Shown: piece by piece, positions 8,403 to 18,900 of the stretch
Position numbering within the stretch: position 1 is the first letter of the stretch
How the letters are laid out: each line of letters begins with the position of its first letter
Assembly: GCA_041661045.1 (NCBI GenBank)
Contig: JBAZVE010000001.1
Span: 300,001 to 332,000, forward strand
Source of the DNA: Candidatus Saccharimonadota bacterium
GTDB lineage: Bacteria; Patescibacteriota; Gracilibacteria; UBA1369; 2-02-FULL-48-14
DNA: 32,000 nt
Reading direction: 5' to 3'
Translations under genes and position numbers: made by a program
The notes under the pieces: generated by a model
The model's database searches: none
What the model was told of the DNA's origin: nothing
Seen by the model: only the letters and a program-made list of their open reading frames with translations

Positions 8403-9005
8403 ATGAGCGAGAATTTCAATGTTATGGTAAAAACAGGCCTTTGGCGAGAAAACTGGTTGGAGGCTCCGCCCTTCCCTATTCAGAAAATGAACCAAGTCCA
8501 CGGCACGGATATTTTTGAGGTGACGGAGTATGGGGACGCCCCAAGCGCAGATGCTTTGATCACTCGTTCGCGCGGTTTGCGGCTTGCCGTAAAGACGGCC
8601 GATTGCATCCCTTTGTTGATTGCGGATGAGGAGGCCGGCCTTGTGGCCGCCGTGCACGCGGGCTGGCGCGGACTCACCGCAGAGATTATTCCAAAAGTTT
8701 TGGCCCGCATGGTGGCGATGGGTGGGCAGCCGGAGCGCATGAAGGTGACCGTTGGGCCTTCGCTGGGCACGGAATGTGCCGTTTTTTCCGACCCTTTTCA
8801 CGAGATTCCCGAAAAGTTCCACTGGGCGATTGAAGCGGCGCGCGTTGACCTGAACGGCATCGCGTGGAAGCAACTTTTGGACGCGGGCGTGCGAGAGGAC
8901 CATGTGGAGTGGCCACGAGTGTGCACCGCTTGTGATCCAAGCTGGCCTTCTTGGCGCCGTGACCAAACGGACGGAAGATTTTGGTCGTTTATTGAATTGC
9001 TGTGA
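8403..9005 (+). CDS. pgeF: YfiH/PgeF family (DUF152, 'laccase domain') purine nucleoside phosphorylase / peptidoglycan editing factor
   Basis: Motifs QVHGTDI, ADALIT, KTADCIPLL, AVHAGWRGL and GPSLG..C are present. I placed the start at the ATG at 8403; the track start at 8349 would overlap the divergent gene. The gene ends in a TGA stop. Confidence 0.85.
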   Translation: MSENFNVMVKTGLWRENWLEAPPFPIQKMNQVHGTDIFEVTEYGDAPSADALITRSRGLRLAVKTADCIPLLIADEEAGLVAAVHAGWRGLTAEIIPKVLARMVAMGGQPERMKVTVGPSLGTECAVFSDPFHEIPEKFHWAIEAARVDLNGIAWKQLLDAGVREDHVEWPRVCTACDPSWPSWRRDQTDGRFWSFIELL

Positions 9006-9047
9006 GCAAGAGTAGCTTTTCCCCCGATTTTCTGGCACACTGGGGGC

Positions 9048-10001
9048 ATGAATTCCTTGCTTCGTCTTCTTTTGAGCGCCCCCATCGACTTTGCGGTTGG
9101 GGGGCAAGCCGTGATTGAGGGCGTGATGATGCGATCTCCCCGCTTCACAGTGGTGAGCGTGCGGGACCCCGAGGGGAAAATACAAATGCAGTTGGAGAAA
9201 TTTCAAAGCATCACGGAGCGGGTGAAAATCCTCAAGTTGCCCCTCGTTCGTGGGGTTGTGCACTTGGTGGAATCTATGCGACTGGGCTACCGTTCTTTAA
9301 GCTATTCCAATGCGATTTTTCTTGGGGAAACGGAAGAGAAAAAGGCGGCTCAAAGCAAGTTTATGAGCTTTGTGAGCAGTGCGGCTGCGGTGCTTTCCAT
9401 TGTGGGGAGCCTGCTCATCACTCTTTTGATGCTTAAAGTGTTGCCCCTCTGGGTGGCCGGAAAGGCGGCGGAGCTTTGGCCGCTGGTGAAAGAGCATTAT
9501 TTTCTTTTCAATGCGGTGGATGGACTCACAAAAATCAGCATTTTTCTGGCGTATGTCAGCAGCATTTCCTTGCTCAAAGACATTCGGCGCGTTTTCCAGT
9601 ATCACGGCGCCGAGCACAAATCCATTTGGACCTACGAACACGGCTTGGAGCTCACTGCGGAAAACGCGCGCAAGCAAACTCGTTTTCACCCGCGATGCGG
9701 CACCAGCTTCATCTTCATTGTGATTTTGATGAGTATTTTGGTCTACACCGCGATTCCGCCGGCGGAACAATTTGTGAGCCAAGTGGCGCTGAGGGTTGCG
9801 GTGATCCCGCTCATCGCGGGAATCAGTTATGAACTGCTCAAGCTCAGTGCAAAATTTCAACGCTCCAAGCTTGTACGGCTCTTTGTGCTGCCGGGGCTTT
9901 TGCTCCAACGGCTCACCACTCGCGAGCCCGATGATGCACAGTTGGAAGTGGCCCTCAACTCCCTCCGAGAATCCCTCAAACATGAAAATTCAACACATTA
10001 A
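9048..10001 (+). CDS. DUF1385 (YqhQ-like) membrane protein
   Basis: GGQAVIEGVMMRSP near the N-terminus and YHGAEHKSI mid-protein are hallmark strings of DUF1385. Several TM segments are present. Confidence 0.8.
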   Translation: MNSLLRLLLSAPIDFAVGGQAVIEGVMMRSPRFTVVSVRDPEGKIQMQLEKFQSITERVKILKLPLVRGVVHLVESMRLGYRSLSYSNAIFLGETEEKKAAQSKFMSFVSSAAAVLSIVGSLLITLLMLKVLPLWVAGKAAELWPLVKEHYFLFNAVDGLTKISIFLAYVSSISLLKDIRRVFQYHGAEHKSIWTYEHGLELTAENARKQTRFHPRCGTSFIFIVILMSILVYTAIPPAEQFVSQVALRVAVIPLIAGISYELLKLSAKFQRSKLVRLFVLPGLLLQRLTTREPDDAQLEVALNSLRESLKHENSTH

Positions 10002-11982
10002 ACGCAATAAACCACGCGTTGCTTTGCTCATCAACACTTGGTTCCCTGTTCACACGGGCCAACAAGTGTATACGGCAAAATTGGCGGAAGCCTTGGCGCG
10101 GGATTATGGATATGAAGTTGATATTTTGACACGCGCCATCAAAGGCCGCGTGCGGGAGGAGCAAAGGGAAGTGGAAAAAATCCTGGCGCTTCGCATCACC
10201 CGATTTGGATTTAAATCTCACCCCTGGAATCTTTTCATGCAGGCGGGCTATTTGATTTGGGTTTTCTTTCACTTGCTCATCAAAGGACAAAAATATTCTC
10301 TTTATCATGCGCAGGGGGCCACTGTTGCCGCCGCCATGAAGGCTGCCTCTTGGTTCACGCGTGTTCCCACCGTGGTGACGGTGCATGGCAATCATGTTTT
10401 TGAAAAATCATGGACGCTCAAAAAAATCATCCATCGCATCATGTTTTTGGAGACGAAATACACCCAAGAGGTGAGCATTGCCGAGAATTTTTTAAAGGCG
10501 GTGAATGTCAACGAACACATCGCCGTGATTCCTTACGGAGTGGACACAGAGCCGTTTGATCAAGTGGAGGAGGACCGTTCCCCCGATCAGTTCAATGCTT
10601 TGTTTGTGGGCCGCATCGATTTCCAAAAAGGTTTGGACAACTTGTTCAAGGCGGTGAAGAAAACCATTGAGTCCACCGGCTTCATTCAGTCTCACAAAGA
10701 TTTTATGCTCCATTTGGTGGGAGATGGTCCGGATCGAAAGGGCTTGGAAAAATTGGCCCACTCGCTTGGCATCGAAAAATATCTTCGGTGGCATGGGTAT
10801 TTAACGGGTGAAGCGCTGATCCATTTGTACAAGTCTTGCGATTTGTTTGTGCTGCCTTCTCGCAATGAGTCTTTCCCTCTTTCTGTTCTGGAAGCGTGCG
10901 CCGCGCGACTTCCCATTTTGGCCACCCGTACCGGAGATTTGCACAATATCGTCCTCGAAAGCACCAATGGACATTTGGTTGAGCCCGACGACATTGACGA
11001 GCTTGCGTACTACTTGGAGTATTTTGCCGGCAATCCACACTTGGAAAAACTCGGGCAGGGAAGTTATGATCTTGTGACTCAAGAATATTCTTGGGATAAA
11101 ACTTTGCAAAAATCCTTGCGCGTGTATGAGCAAGTGATGATGGTGAAACTCATGAAAGAGAATGCGCCGCACACCCACTATTTTCCTTGGGAGATTCCGC
11201 GTTTGCTCTGGGATGCGAGAGGGAAAAAGAAACTTTACCGAGGCAAGGCGCCGCTTTGTTTTTGCCTCACCGCCAATATTTCACAGGCTCATCTTGGAGA
11301 GGGTTTGCCCGCTGAGAGTGAAGAGATCCCCGCTTTTATTGAGCGCTTTTCGGAATTTTGTGCTCACCTGCAAGTGCCCAGCACCCTTTTTGTGCAACAA
11401 GATCTTTTGGGAGCCTTCCCCGTGGAAATTAAAAACATGCAGGAACTTGGGCATGAATTGGGTATTCAAATTTTGGAACACGATTGGCTCACCGCCCCCA
11501 TGCGGCGCAGCGTCCTCCGTGCTTTGCGAGAGGAGTTGAATGCGCTGGGCTTGTCTGAAGTTCGTATGGTCCGTGTGCCGGCTGCGCCCAGTGAACAGGA
11601 CTTGGAGATTCTTCATGAGGCCGGGTTTGAATGGCTCCCCACCAGTGAGGATCCTTATCCTTCGGTTGAATTCCACTGGGGAATTCCCTTCGCGCATTTC
11701 TTAAAGATGAACTTGCGCAGTTTCTTGGAATTGGAGGACCAAGAGTTGCTTGAGGCGGTGAACCGTTTGCGAGCGGAACAAAAAGACCACGGCGTGAATC
11801 CTTTTGTGATTTTTGAGTGCGACAGCGCCGAATTCACTTCACGGGAAGACCTCCCCCACGCGGGCGGAGAGAATTTTACGGAGCTTTCCAAAAAAATCGC
11901 CTTCCTCAAGGAACACATGGACCTCGACTTTCACACCTTGAGTGAATTCTGTAAATCCTGTAGAATCCCCTCTAAACTTTAA
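9982..11982 (+). CDS. Fusion protein: GT4-family glycosyltransferase (aa ~1-390) plus a C-terminal ~270-aa domain, possibly a degenerate polysaccharide-deacetylase (NodB/CE4-like) fold
   Basis: The GT-B/GT4 N-terminus reads [19 protein letters not shown]. The donor-binding half reads [12 protein letters not shown]...[32 protein letters not shown]. In the C-terminal part, [10 protein letters not shown]...[14 protein letters not shown]...VRMVRVP has a CE4-like motif order but lacks the TFDD aspartates. I set the start at the ATG at 9982, which overlaps the previous gene by 20 nt. The track start at 9829 is in-frame read-through. Confidence 0.75.
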   Translation: MKIQHIKRNKPRVALLINTWFPVHTGQQVYTAKLAEALARDYGYEVDILTRAIKGRVREEQREVEKILALRITRFGFKSHPWNLFMQAGYLIWVFFHLLIKGQKYSLYHAQGATVAAAMKAASWFTRVPTVVTVHGNHVFEKSWTLKKIIHRIMFLETKYTQEVSIAENFLKAVNVNEHIAVIPYGVDTEPFDQVEEDRSPDQFNALFVGRIDFQKGLDNLFKAVKKTIESTGFIQSHKDFMLHLVGDGPDRKGLEKLAHSLGIEKYLRWHGYLTGEALIHLYKSCDLFVLPSRNESFPLSVLEACAARLPILATRTGDLHNIVLESTNGHLVEPDDIDELAYYLEYFAGNPHLEKLGQGSYDLVTQEYSWDKTLQKSLRVYEQVMMVKLMKENAPHTHYFPWEIPRLLWDARGKKKLYRGKAPLCFCLTANISQAHLGEGLPAESEEIPAFIERFSEFCAHLQVPSTLFVQQDLLGAFPVEIKNMQELGHELGIQILEHDWLTAPMRRSVLRALREELNALGLSEVRMVRVPAAPSEQDLEILHEAGFEWLPTSEDPYPSVEFHWGIPFAHFLKMNLRSFLELEDQELLEAVNRLRAEQKDHGVNPFVIFECDSAEFTSREDLPHAGGENFTELSKKIAFLKEHMDLDFHTLSEFCKSCRIPSKL

Positions 11983-11984
11983 TC

Positions 11985-13106
11985 ATGAGCAGCTTCCTGT
12001 TCACTTCCGAGTCGGTCACCGAAGGCCATCCCGACAAAATCGCGGACCAAATTTCTGACGCGGTGCTGGATGCCATTTTGGCCGCAGATTCCATGGCTCG
12101 CGTGGCGTGTGAAACGTTGGTGACCACGGGGCTTGTTTTGATCGTCGGAGAAATCAAAACGAAGACTTATGTGGATATTCCCGCCCTTGCCCGCCGCACC
12201 ATTGCCGAAATTGGCTACAACGATGCCTCTTACGGCTTCGATTCCAAGGCGTGCGCCGTTCTTACCGCTATTGATGAACAAAGCCCGGATATCGCCCTTG
12301 GTGTGGATACCGGCGGGGCCGGGGATCAGGGAATGATGTTTGGGTATGCTTGTGATGAAACTCCGGAGCTCATGCCGCTGCCCATTGCTTTGGCGCACAA
12401 GCTCACGCAGGCTTTGGCGGAGGCGCGCAAAAATGGCTCCTTGCCTTATTTGAGACCGGATGGAAAAAGCCAAGTGACGGTGAAGTATAGCGAAGATGGC
12501 CGACCTGAGTCGGTGCACACCGTGGTGCTTTCCACTCAACACAACCCCGAGGTGGATCAAGAACAAATCCGCAAAGATTTGATCGAAAAGATTATTGAGC
12601 CCGTCTGCGGACCTTGGCTGAGAGCGGACACCATTTTCCATATCAATCCCACGGGCCGTTTCATTATTGGGGGGCCTCCCGGAGACAGTGGCCTCACGGG
12701 CCGAAAAATTATTGTGGATTCGTACGGAGGCATGGGCCGCCACGGTGGTGGGTGTTTCTCGGGCAAAGATCCTTCTAAAGTGGACCGCAGCGGAGCCTAC
12801 GCCGCCCGCTACATTGCCAAGAACATTGTGGCCTCCGGACTCGCAAAAAAATGCGAGGTTCAGCTGGCTTACGCTATTGGCGTGGCCGAACCCGTCTCTA
12901 TTTTTGTGAACAGTTTTGGCACGGGAACCGTGAACGATGAAGCTTTGGTGAACTTGATTCGCAAACATTTCGACCTCACCCCCCTGGGCATCATCAAGTC
13001 CCTCAATTTGCGCCGCCCCATCTACCGCCAAACCGCCGTCTACGGCCACTTCGGCCGTGAACTAGAGGACTTCACCTGGGAGCGGACGGATAAAATCTTA
13101 CGCTAA
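11985..13106 (+). CDS. metK: S-adenosylmethionine synthetase
   Basis: [36 protein letters not shown] and [19 protein letters not shown] are present. This is a full-length canonical MetK. Confidence 0.97.
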   Translation: MSSFLFTSESVTEGHPDKIADQISDAVLDAILAADSMARVACETLVTTGLVLIVGEIKTKTYVDIPALARRTIAEIGYNDASYGFDSKACAVLTAIDEQSPDIALGVDTGGAGDQGMMFGYACDETPELMPLPIALAHKLTQALAEARKNGSLPYLRPDGKSQVTVKYSEDGRPESVHTVVLSTQHNPEVDQEQIRKDLIEKIIEPVCGPWLRADTIFHINPTGRFIIGGPPGDSGLTGRKIIVDSYGGMGRHGGGCFSGKDPSKVDRSGAYAARYIAKNIVASGLAKKCEVQLAYAIGVAEPVSIFVNSFGTGTVNDEALVNLIRKHFDLTPLGIIKSLNLRRPIYRQTAVYGHFGRELEDFTWERTDKILR

Positions 13107-13117
13107 TCTTGTAAAAC

Positions 13118-13148
13118 AAAAGCCCCCCGCCAAGGCGGAGGGCTTTTT
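13118..13148. terminator. Bidirectional rho-independent terminator between convergent metK and the SLH gene
   Basis: The sequence is aaaAGCCCCCCGCCaaggGGCGGAGGGCTtttt. It has an 11-bp GC-rich stem with 1 mismatch, and is flanked by an A-run on one side and a T-run on the other. Confidence 0.65.
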
Positions 13149-13175
13149 AAGCATGAACTTTTATCGTTCCAAGGC

Positions 13176-15149
13176 TTAGAGAATCTCTGCAAACATGTTG
13201 TAGAGGATCTTGGTGGCCTCAGCACGAGTGATGGATGAACTTGCGTTGAAACACATTCCTCCTTCACATTCGCTTCCGGAAACGAATTCCCATGCGGTGG
13301 CTACCGTTACGGCATCTTCATACCATTCTGCGGTGTCCAAATCTACATAGGCTTCTGTGGCAGCTCCGGCCATCAGTTCATCGGACGCGGTCTCCATGTC
13401 TGCGTTCAAGTACAAGTACACATTCAAGGCCAGTTGGAGGAATTCTGCACGGTTCATTTCTTCACCGGGTTCGTAGGTTCCGTTTGGATTTCCATCCACC
13501 AGCATGAGTCCTTTAAGACCTGCAATGTAGTCTGCGTACCATTCTCCCATGTCTACATCTTCAAAGGGGTCTTCTCCCGCGTCAGTAAGGTCCACTCCAA
13601 GCACTCTCCAAAGGAGGGCTGCGGCTTCCGCACGGTTGAGGTTTCCATCCGGGTTGAAGGATCCATCTGGATTTCCTTCCACCACTCCGGCCTCCACCAT
13701 CACTTCGATCTCATCGGCAGCCCAGTGGCTTTCGGTGTCTGTGAATGAAGAGGAATCGTCATCACCGCTGTCATCCTCCGTTCCATCATCGTCGGTGGAA
13801 TCATCATCTGTAGAATCATCGGTAGTGTCATCTGTACCATCGTCGTCTGTGGAATCATCGGTTCCGTCATCATCCGTGCCATCGTCATCTGTGGACTCCG
13901 AGGAGCCTACGGTGATGCTGATTTCATCCGATTGTTCTCCATAGCTACTTCCGTCTGTTGTGCGAAGAACATAGGTGACAATGTCTCCCTCTTCCACGGC
14001 CGTATCCAAGTACTGTTCTGTTCCCAAGGCGACGCTGGCGTACACACTTCCACTCACCACTTGTGGGTCCACCCCACGAAGGATTTGAATGGAGCTTGTG
14101 TCGTCATCGCTTGGGTCATCCCAGGTGATGAGTACCCCCTCTTCAGTGTTAGCAAGATCGATGTTGCTCACTTCGTCGAGATCCACGGTTGGCGTAGTCC
14201 CTGTTGTTATGGATGCTGTGGCAGAGGTGTGGGTTTGAATGTTGTCATCGGTTCCTGTTGTGGTGGTGATGGAGAAGGTTCCCGTGGTTCCTACCGCTTC
14301 AGGATTTCGGATTTGAGTGATGAGCATGCTCTTGGCCCCAGGAGCTGTGGTGGCTCCTCCCGTTTGAGTCAAAGTTAAGGTTTGTCCAGATCGTGCAATG
14401 AGCCAGCTTCCATCAACTCCTGATACAGTGGCCGGAGGCGCACCTGTTGTCACTGAAGTGAGGTCGTAACCGGTCGGAAAAACAATCACCAATTTTGCTC
14501 CGTTGTCCATGGTGGTTCCCACGGTGGTGAACGCAATGGTGTAGTCTGTTAAAGTGCTGTTTGCAGCGCTTGCTGGTGTAAAGCTTACGGAAGTCAAAGC
14601 TCCAACGGAAATATTGATGTCGTCTGTTCCTGTGGGGTTGGTATCTACAGCGGCGGTGGTTCCTCCAAAGGTTACAGTGGAGGTTGCATCTACATACTTA
14701 GGAATGTCTCCGGCGGTGATGAGTACACGAATGGTTTCCGCGTCGTCCACAACGGCTCCCCACGCAGCGATGCTCCATTTTACTGTGAGCACCCGTCCAC
14801 TCATGGTGTATTCTCCGTTCCCCGCTCCTCCGGCGATGGCGGTTTCGTTGGTAGCGTCGTTGGTCACATCCGCATCATTCTCGGCGGTGAAGGTCATCGT
14901 GTCCCAGTCCGGGAAGTTGGCGGGAAGGGTGATGGTGAGGGAGTCTCCGCCTGCCCAGGTTTGGTCGGTGACATCCACGGTGTACTCGATTTCGAGTGTG
15001 GCATCGACTCCAACTGTTGCGGTTGCGTCTGTAACGGTGTAGAGGCTGGCCGCGGAAGCGGAAGCCGTACCCAGTATTAAAAACGCAGCCACCGCAAAGG
15101 ATAGGCTGAATAAAATCCGAACATTTAAGAGTCTAAGAAAGGTCGACAT
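13176..15149 (-). CDS. Secreted surface protein with three C-terminal SLH (S-layer homology) domains
   Basis: The signal peptide is ...LILGTASASA|AS. It has Thr-rich beta modules (ITLPANFPDW, LVIVFPTGYDL) and an FN3-like module (EGVLITWDDP...YLDTAVEEGDIVTYVLRTTD). A ~53-aa D/T/G/S acidic linker follows, then 3 SLH-like repeats (FTDTESHWAADEIE...NLNRAEAAALL; FEDVDMGEWYADYI...EMNRAEFLQL; YVDLDTAEWYEDAV...SITRAEATKIL). Confidence 0.85.
   Translation of the reverse strand: MSTFLRLLNVRILFSLSFAVAAFLILGTASASAASLYTVTDATATVGVDATLEIEYTVDVTDQTWAGGDSLTITLPANFPDWDTMTFTAENDADVTNDATNETAIAGGAGNGEYTMSGRVLTVKWSIAAWGAVVDDAETIRVLITAGDIPKYVDATSTVTFGGTTAAVDTNPTGTDDINISVGALTSVSFTPASAANSTLTDYTIAFTTVGTTMDNGAKLVIVFPTGYDLTSVTTGAPPATVSGVDGSWLIARSGQTLTLTQTGGATTAPGAKSMLITQIRNPEAVGTTGTFSITTTTGTDDNIQTHTSATASITTGTTPTVDLDEVSNIDLANTEEGVLITWDDPSDDDTSSIQILRGVDPQVVSGSVYASVALGTEQYLDTAVEEGDIVTYVLRTTDGSSYGEQSDEISITVGSSESTDDDGTDDDGTDDSTDDDGTDDTTDDSTDDDSTDDDGTEDDSGDDDSSSFTDTESHWAADEIEVMVEAGVVEGNPDGSFNPDGNLNRAEAAALLWRVLGVDLTDAGEDPFEDVDMGEWYADYIAGLKGLMLVDGNPNGTYEPGEEMNRAEFLQLALNVYLYLNADMETASDELMAGAATEAYVDLDTAEWYEDAVTVATAWEFVSGSECEGGMCFNASSSITRAEATKILYNMFAEIL
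13746..13904 (-). repeat. Low-complexity coding repeat for the acidic linker (STDDDGTDDDGTDDSTDDDGTDDTTDDSTDDDSTDDDGTEDDSGDDDSSS)
   Basis: Degenerate 9-15-nt periodicity (gtcatc / atcatc / ggtNcc) is visible on the plus strand. It encodes about 53 aa made only of D, T, S, G and E. Confidence 0.8.
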
Positions 15150-15166
15150 AGGGGTGGAGGGCTAGA

Positions 15167-15196
15167 AATATAAATGGCTGGTAAAGATCATGCCAA
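15167..15196 (-). promoter_or_regulatory. Candidate promoter for the 657-aa SLH gene
   Basis: Read on the minus strand: TTGGCA (15196..15191), a 17-18-nt spacer, then TTATAT/TATATT (15173..15167). The -10 ends about 18 nt upstream of the ATG at 15149, which implies a very short leader. Confidence 0.35.
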
Positions 15197-15261
15197 ATCC
15201 CGTCTGTTTTCGCAACTTTTACAGGGCTTTTGATTTGACTCGTTTCTTAATTCATTTCTAA

Positions 15262-15810
15262 CTATTCGTTTTCTTGCTCCCACTCTTCAATGTCGGCATA
15301 GAGAGAGGCCACCAGTTCCTGCAGGGCGGGGTCAGGATTTTCTCCGCTGACCCTCTTAGTCTCAAAGTTCTCCACTGCTTTCTTTGCATTTTCAAGGTCT
15401 CCCGCCTCCAACAAAATGCGAACCGTGTCTTTCGTGACCTCTATATTGGTCTGATCAGAAGCATAAAGCAGTTTGATGTACTCCGCGGCCTTTCCGTACT
15501 TCTCCATGTCTTCATAGAGAGACGCGAGGTTATTGAGGGTGACCCCATGGGATTCGGAAAGCGCTAATACTTTTTCGTAGTATTCTACGGCATTTTTGTA
15601 GTCTCCCAATTGATGGTAGCGGAAGGCCACTTCGAAGAGTGCATCCAAGTCTTCGGGATCTTCTTCAAGAATTGCGAGTTCTGCTGCAAGCACTTCTTCA
15701 TGTTTCTCACGAAGGCCCTCCGGCATATTGGGGTCGGAATAATCCCAATTGGTTTGAGAACAGGCGGTGAGAAGGCTGATGGAGAGCAGGGCGAGGATGA
15801 TTTTTTTCAT
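15262..15810 (-). CDS. TPR-repeat lipoprotein
   Basis: The signal peptide has a lipobox (MKKIILALLSISLLTAC|SQ). TPR-like helical pairs follow (AFRYHQLGDYKNAVEYYEKVLAL, LASLYEDMEKYGKAAEYIKLL). A perfect TATAAT on the minus strand (15836..15831) lies about 20 nt upstream of the ATG. Confidence 0.8.
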   Translation of the reverse strand: MKKIILALLSISLLTACSQTNWDYSDPNMPEGLREKHEEVLAAELAILEEDPEDLDALFEVAFRYHQLGDYKNAVEYYEKVLALSESHGVTLNNLASLYEDMEKYGKAAEYIKLLYASDQTNIEVTKDTVRILLEAGDLENAKKAVENFETKRVSGENPDPALQELVASLYADIEEWEQENE

Positions 15811-15850
15811 AAATGTTTTTAAGTAGGGTCATTATAACTATTTTTTGCAC

Positions 15851-15883
15851 AAAAAAAAGCCCCCTCCCGAAGGAGGGGGCTTT
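15851..15883 (-). terminator. Rho-independent terminator of the 1581-aa SLH gene
   Basis: The minus strand reads AAAGCCCCCTCC-ttcg-GGAGGGGGC followed by T8. It has a 9-bp perfect G/C stem at 15859-15867 / 15872-15880 and lies 45 nt after the stop. Confidence 0.8.
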
Positions 15884-15925
15884 AATGAAGCAATTACGCT
15901 TCAGTCCTATACAAATTCCTAAGAA

Positions 15926-18900
15926 TTAGTATCGAACGGTGTTGCTAACGAGAGTAGAACTGTCCACTCGTCCAACCCAACGAACCGTAGAGTTGGTCTC
16001 GTACCACCAGAAGTCTCCTGGGGTAACGGTACCATCACTAGAAGATCCGAGGTCGATGGAGAATGTAACAGGATCGTCTGCACCTCCGTCTTCATCAAGC
16101 ATGGTGCCTGAGTCAAGAACGAGGGTGTAGGTCTTTGTTTCATTCGCATCAACTTCGATGGTTGTGTAAGCATCAGAAGTGTTGAGACCTCCTGGCAGCA
16201 ATACTACCTTAGCGGCAGAAGTGCTGAGGTATCCCATACCTCCCTGAGCAACAGTGTTTCCAGATTCCTTGAGGGAAACGGTGAGCACTTCATCGGTATT
16301 GAAGTCAGTGTCGGCGGCAACATCCACTACGAGCAATTCGTTGTGGAAGACCACTCCATCAACACGAAGTTGATCGGTAGCAGCCCAGTCGGTAGTACCG
16401 TCTGTAGCGCTGACATTGAATCCAAAGTAGGTGCTAGCGGTGAGAGTACCAGAAGATACATTCACCGTAACGAGTTCCCAACGGTCAGCGGTAGCTGTAG
16501 CCGTGTTTGCTCCTCCAATTGCGTTGGTAACGGCAGACAAAGCTGTACCGTTGATCCAAGTATTGGAAGTAGAGAAGTCGATTTGATCGTCTCCTCCAGC
16601 TGTACAAGTGCTGTCATCGTCGAATACTACTTCCGTAGTGTCGTAGGTGACATCTGTTTCAGATGAATTGACCCAGAATGATACATAAGTGTAGTCATCC
16701 ATGTTTCCAGCCGTGTAAGCTTCATCAAGCAAGAAACAGTCGTTGTCATCAACGGAGTTGGCATCGAAGGTAACTTCGACAGCGGAAGTTCCGTCAACAA
16801 CCTCACCACCTGTTGTTGTGAGAGCGACATCTGCGTCGTCCATACCAGTTTCAACAGGATCGTTTTCGTCGTCACCAGCTTCGGCAGTTCGGATTTGAAC
16901 TTTTTCTTCGCTTTCAGCGTAAACCGTGAATGCGAATACTTCGTCGCTAGAGTTCACAGAACGAGATCCGGATGGTGAGCTGGAAGCAAGAGCCAAAGTA
17001 GGCTTGCTTTCGTACACATGCATTCGGTTCGTAGTTGTGAGGTAACCGGTTCCTGGCAAGGAGTACAAGATAGGATCGTTGTCGTCGTAGTCCTGATCTC
17101 CTGCATCGTCAATGAGCATAGCGGTAACAGTGTCTTCCGTTCCGGAAACGCTGCTATCCCATACTGTAACGATGTAGATGTCTTCAGTTGTACAAGCAGC
17201 ACTGTCATCATCATCGATACAGATCACAGATCCAACTGGAAGTTTGTTCGAGTTGTCTCCGGCAGCATCGTCGATAACGAGAGACGCTGTAGCACCGAGA
17301 GCAGCTGAGTTATCAGCAGCGGTAGCACCGTCAACTTCAAGAGATCCGTCAGCATCTGTGTAGCTGATGGTTCCGAAGTCGAGGTCTGCGTCAGCGCTTA
17401 CTGTTGCATCGAGCTCTTCTCCTTTGTAAGTTTCACCACTTCCCTGAGCAATCGCTTCAAAGTTGTTGAAGCCGATGTTGAGGTCAATGAATTCTCCAGC
17501 CGTAGCGGAAGATCCACTAGAAGTGATGGAATTGAGATCAGCGTAAACCGTGAGGTAGGCGCTGTCATCTGCCGGGATCCAGAAGGAAAGACCGGACAGA
17601 ATTGCAGTTCCGCTTACAAGAGGAATGTTGGTGTGTTCAACGGTGTCTCCATCAGCGTTCTCGTAAGAGACCGTAACGGATTCCACATTGTTGTCCCATT
17701 CTCCAAGGTCGGTGGATACAATACCCACTTGCTTGTTGTTGATGGACAAGTCAGTAACTGAGAAGGCTTCACGAGTAGATGTGAATTCGAATTTAGCGAT
17801 TTCTACATCTGCAGATCCGGCAACTGCAATGTCTTCACGAGCAGTGCTGCTGGATACCGCTACTGTTAGAGAACCACCGGTTGTTGTGGAAACGAAGGTT
17901 CCAACGGTTGAGGTTGGGTCGTTGTTCACTGTACCGGAAGTGCTTCCTCCCGCAGTTGCAGAGAAAGTGCTTCCATCTTCATCCTCAACCGTCACATTGG
18001 AGGCAAGGAGTTCGAAGGTTACATATTCGCTGGCTGAGTTGGTAGAAAGATCTCCCATAACATAAACCACTTCAGTGTCTCCACTTTCAATGGTCCAGTC
18101 CAAGCTGTCGTAAGTTACTGCCCAAGTGGTGTTGTTCACACCCTTAGAAGCAGCAATCTCTACTCCATCTCCGTTTTCGAGCCATACGCTACCAAGAACC
18201 GTGGTCATGTTGGTTCCGGCATCGTTGGCATCAGCAGCGGAAGTGGAAGAAGTTTCCCAAGTGTTGTCTTGGTCATCATCGAAGAGACCGGTGAGGGTCA
18301 AGTTGGTGATAACACAATCACTGGAATCTCCACAAGCGAGGGCCATACCTACGAAAGGAACTTCTTCAGAACCCTTTACATAAGTGTTAGCTCCTGCAGT
18401 AGGAGTGGAAGCCAAGGAAATGGCCAAAGAAGGCACTCGAACCGTCATGGTCTTTGATGTGATCGCAGATGCAGGAACGAGAACGCTGGTATTGGTCAAA
18501 GTCTTGTTGTTCACATCCTTGAGTTGTGGGTAAGTAGACCCAAGTTCAAGGTTAGCTGTGAAGGTCATACCGTCCAAAGTAGTGGTGTTCGCAATGTCAG
18601 TCATGAGGGAGAACTCTCGTTCTTCTCCGGTAGACATTGAGAAGTCATCTGTGAACAAGTAGTAAGATTTATCGTCATCAGTATCATTTGTTGTTTCATC
18701 GATGGCAGTTGCTCCTCCAGTACCGGTCTTGAATGAAGTGGCATCCACCCCGGCGAAGAGAGCTTCGTCATTGGTGTTGTCCCAGATCTTCACATCGGTG
18801 AAGTTGGCAGCTGTCTCGTTGAGGAGACCTTCTGTAGTATCGCTACTTTCGGTAGCAGTCATACTGATTTCGAAACTGTCGAAAGTCACATCCGTTACAG

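Noticed and set aside
9829-9981. N-terminal extensions in track ORFs: 9829 for the GT fusion, 6758 for aroE, 7588 for SPFH, 8349 for pgeF, 23685 for the HTH gene and 30014 for the membrane protein.
   Set aside because: The extensions overlap upstream genes or begin at non-ATG codons, and their translations have no family similarity. Internal ATGs coincide with the conserved N-termini and with tight stop/start junctions.
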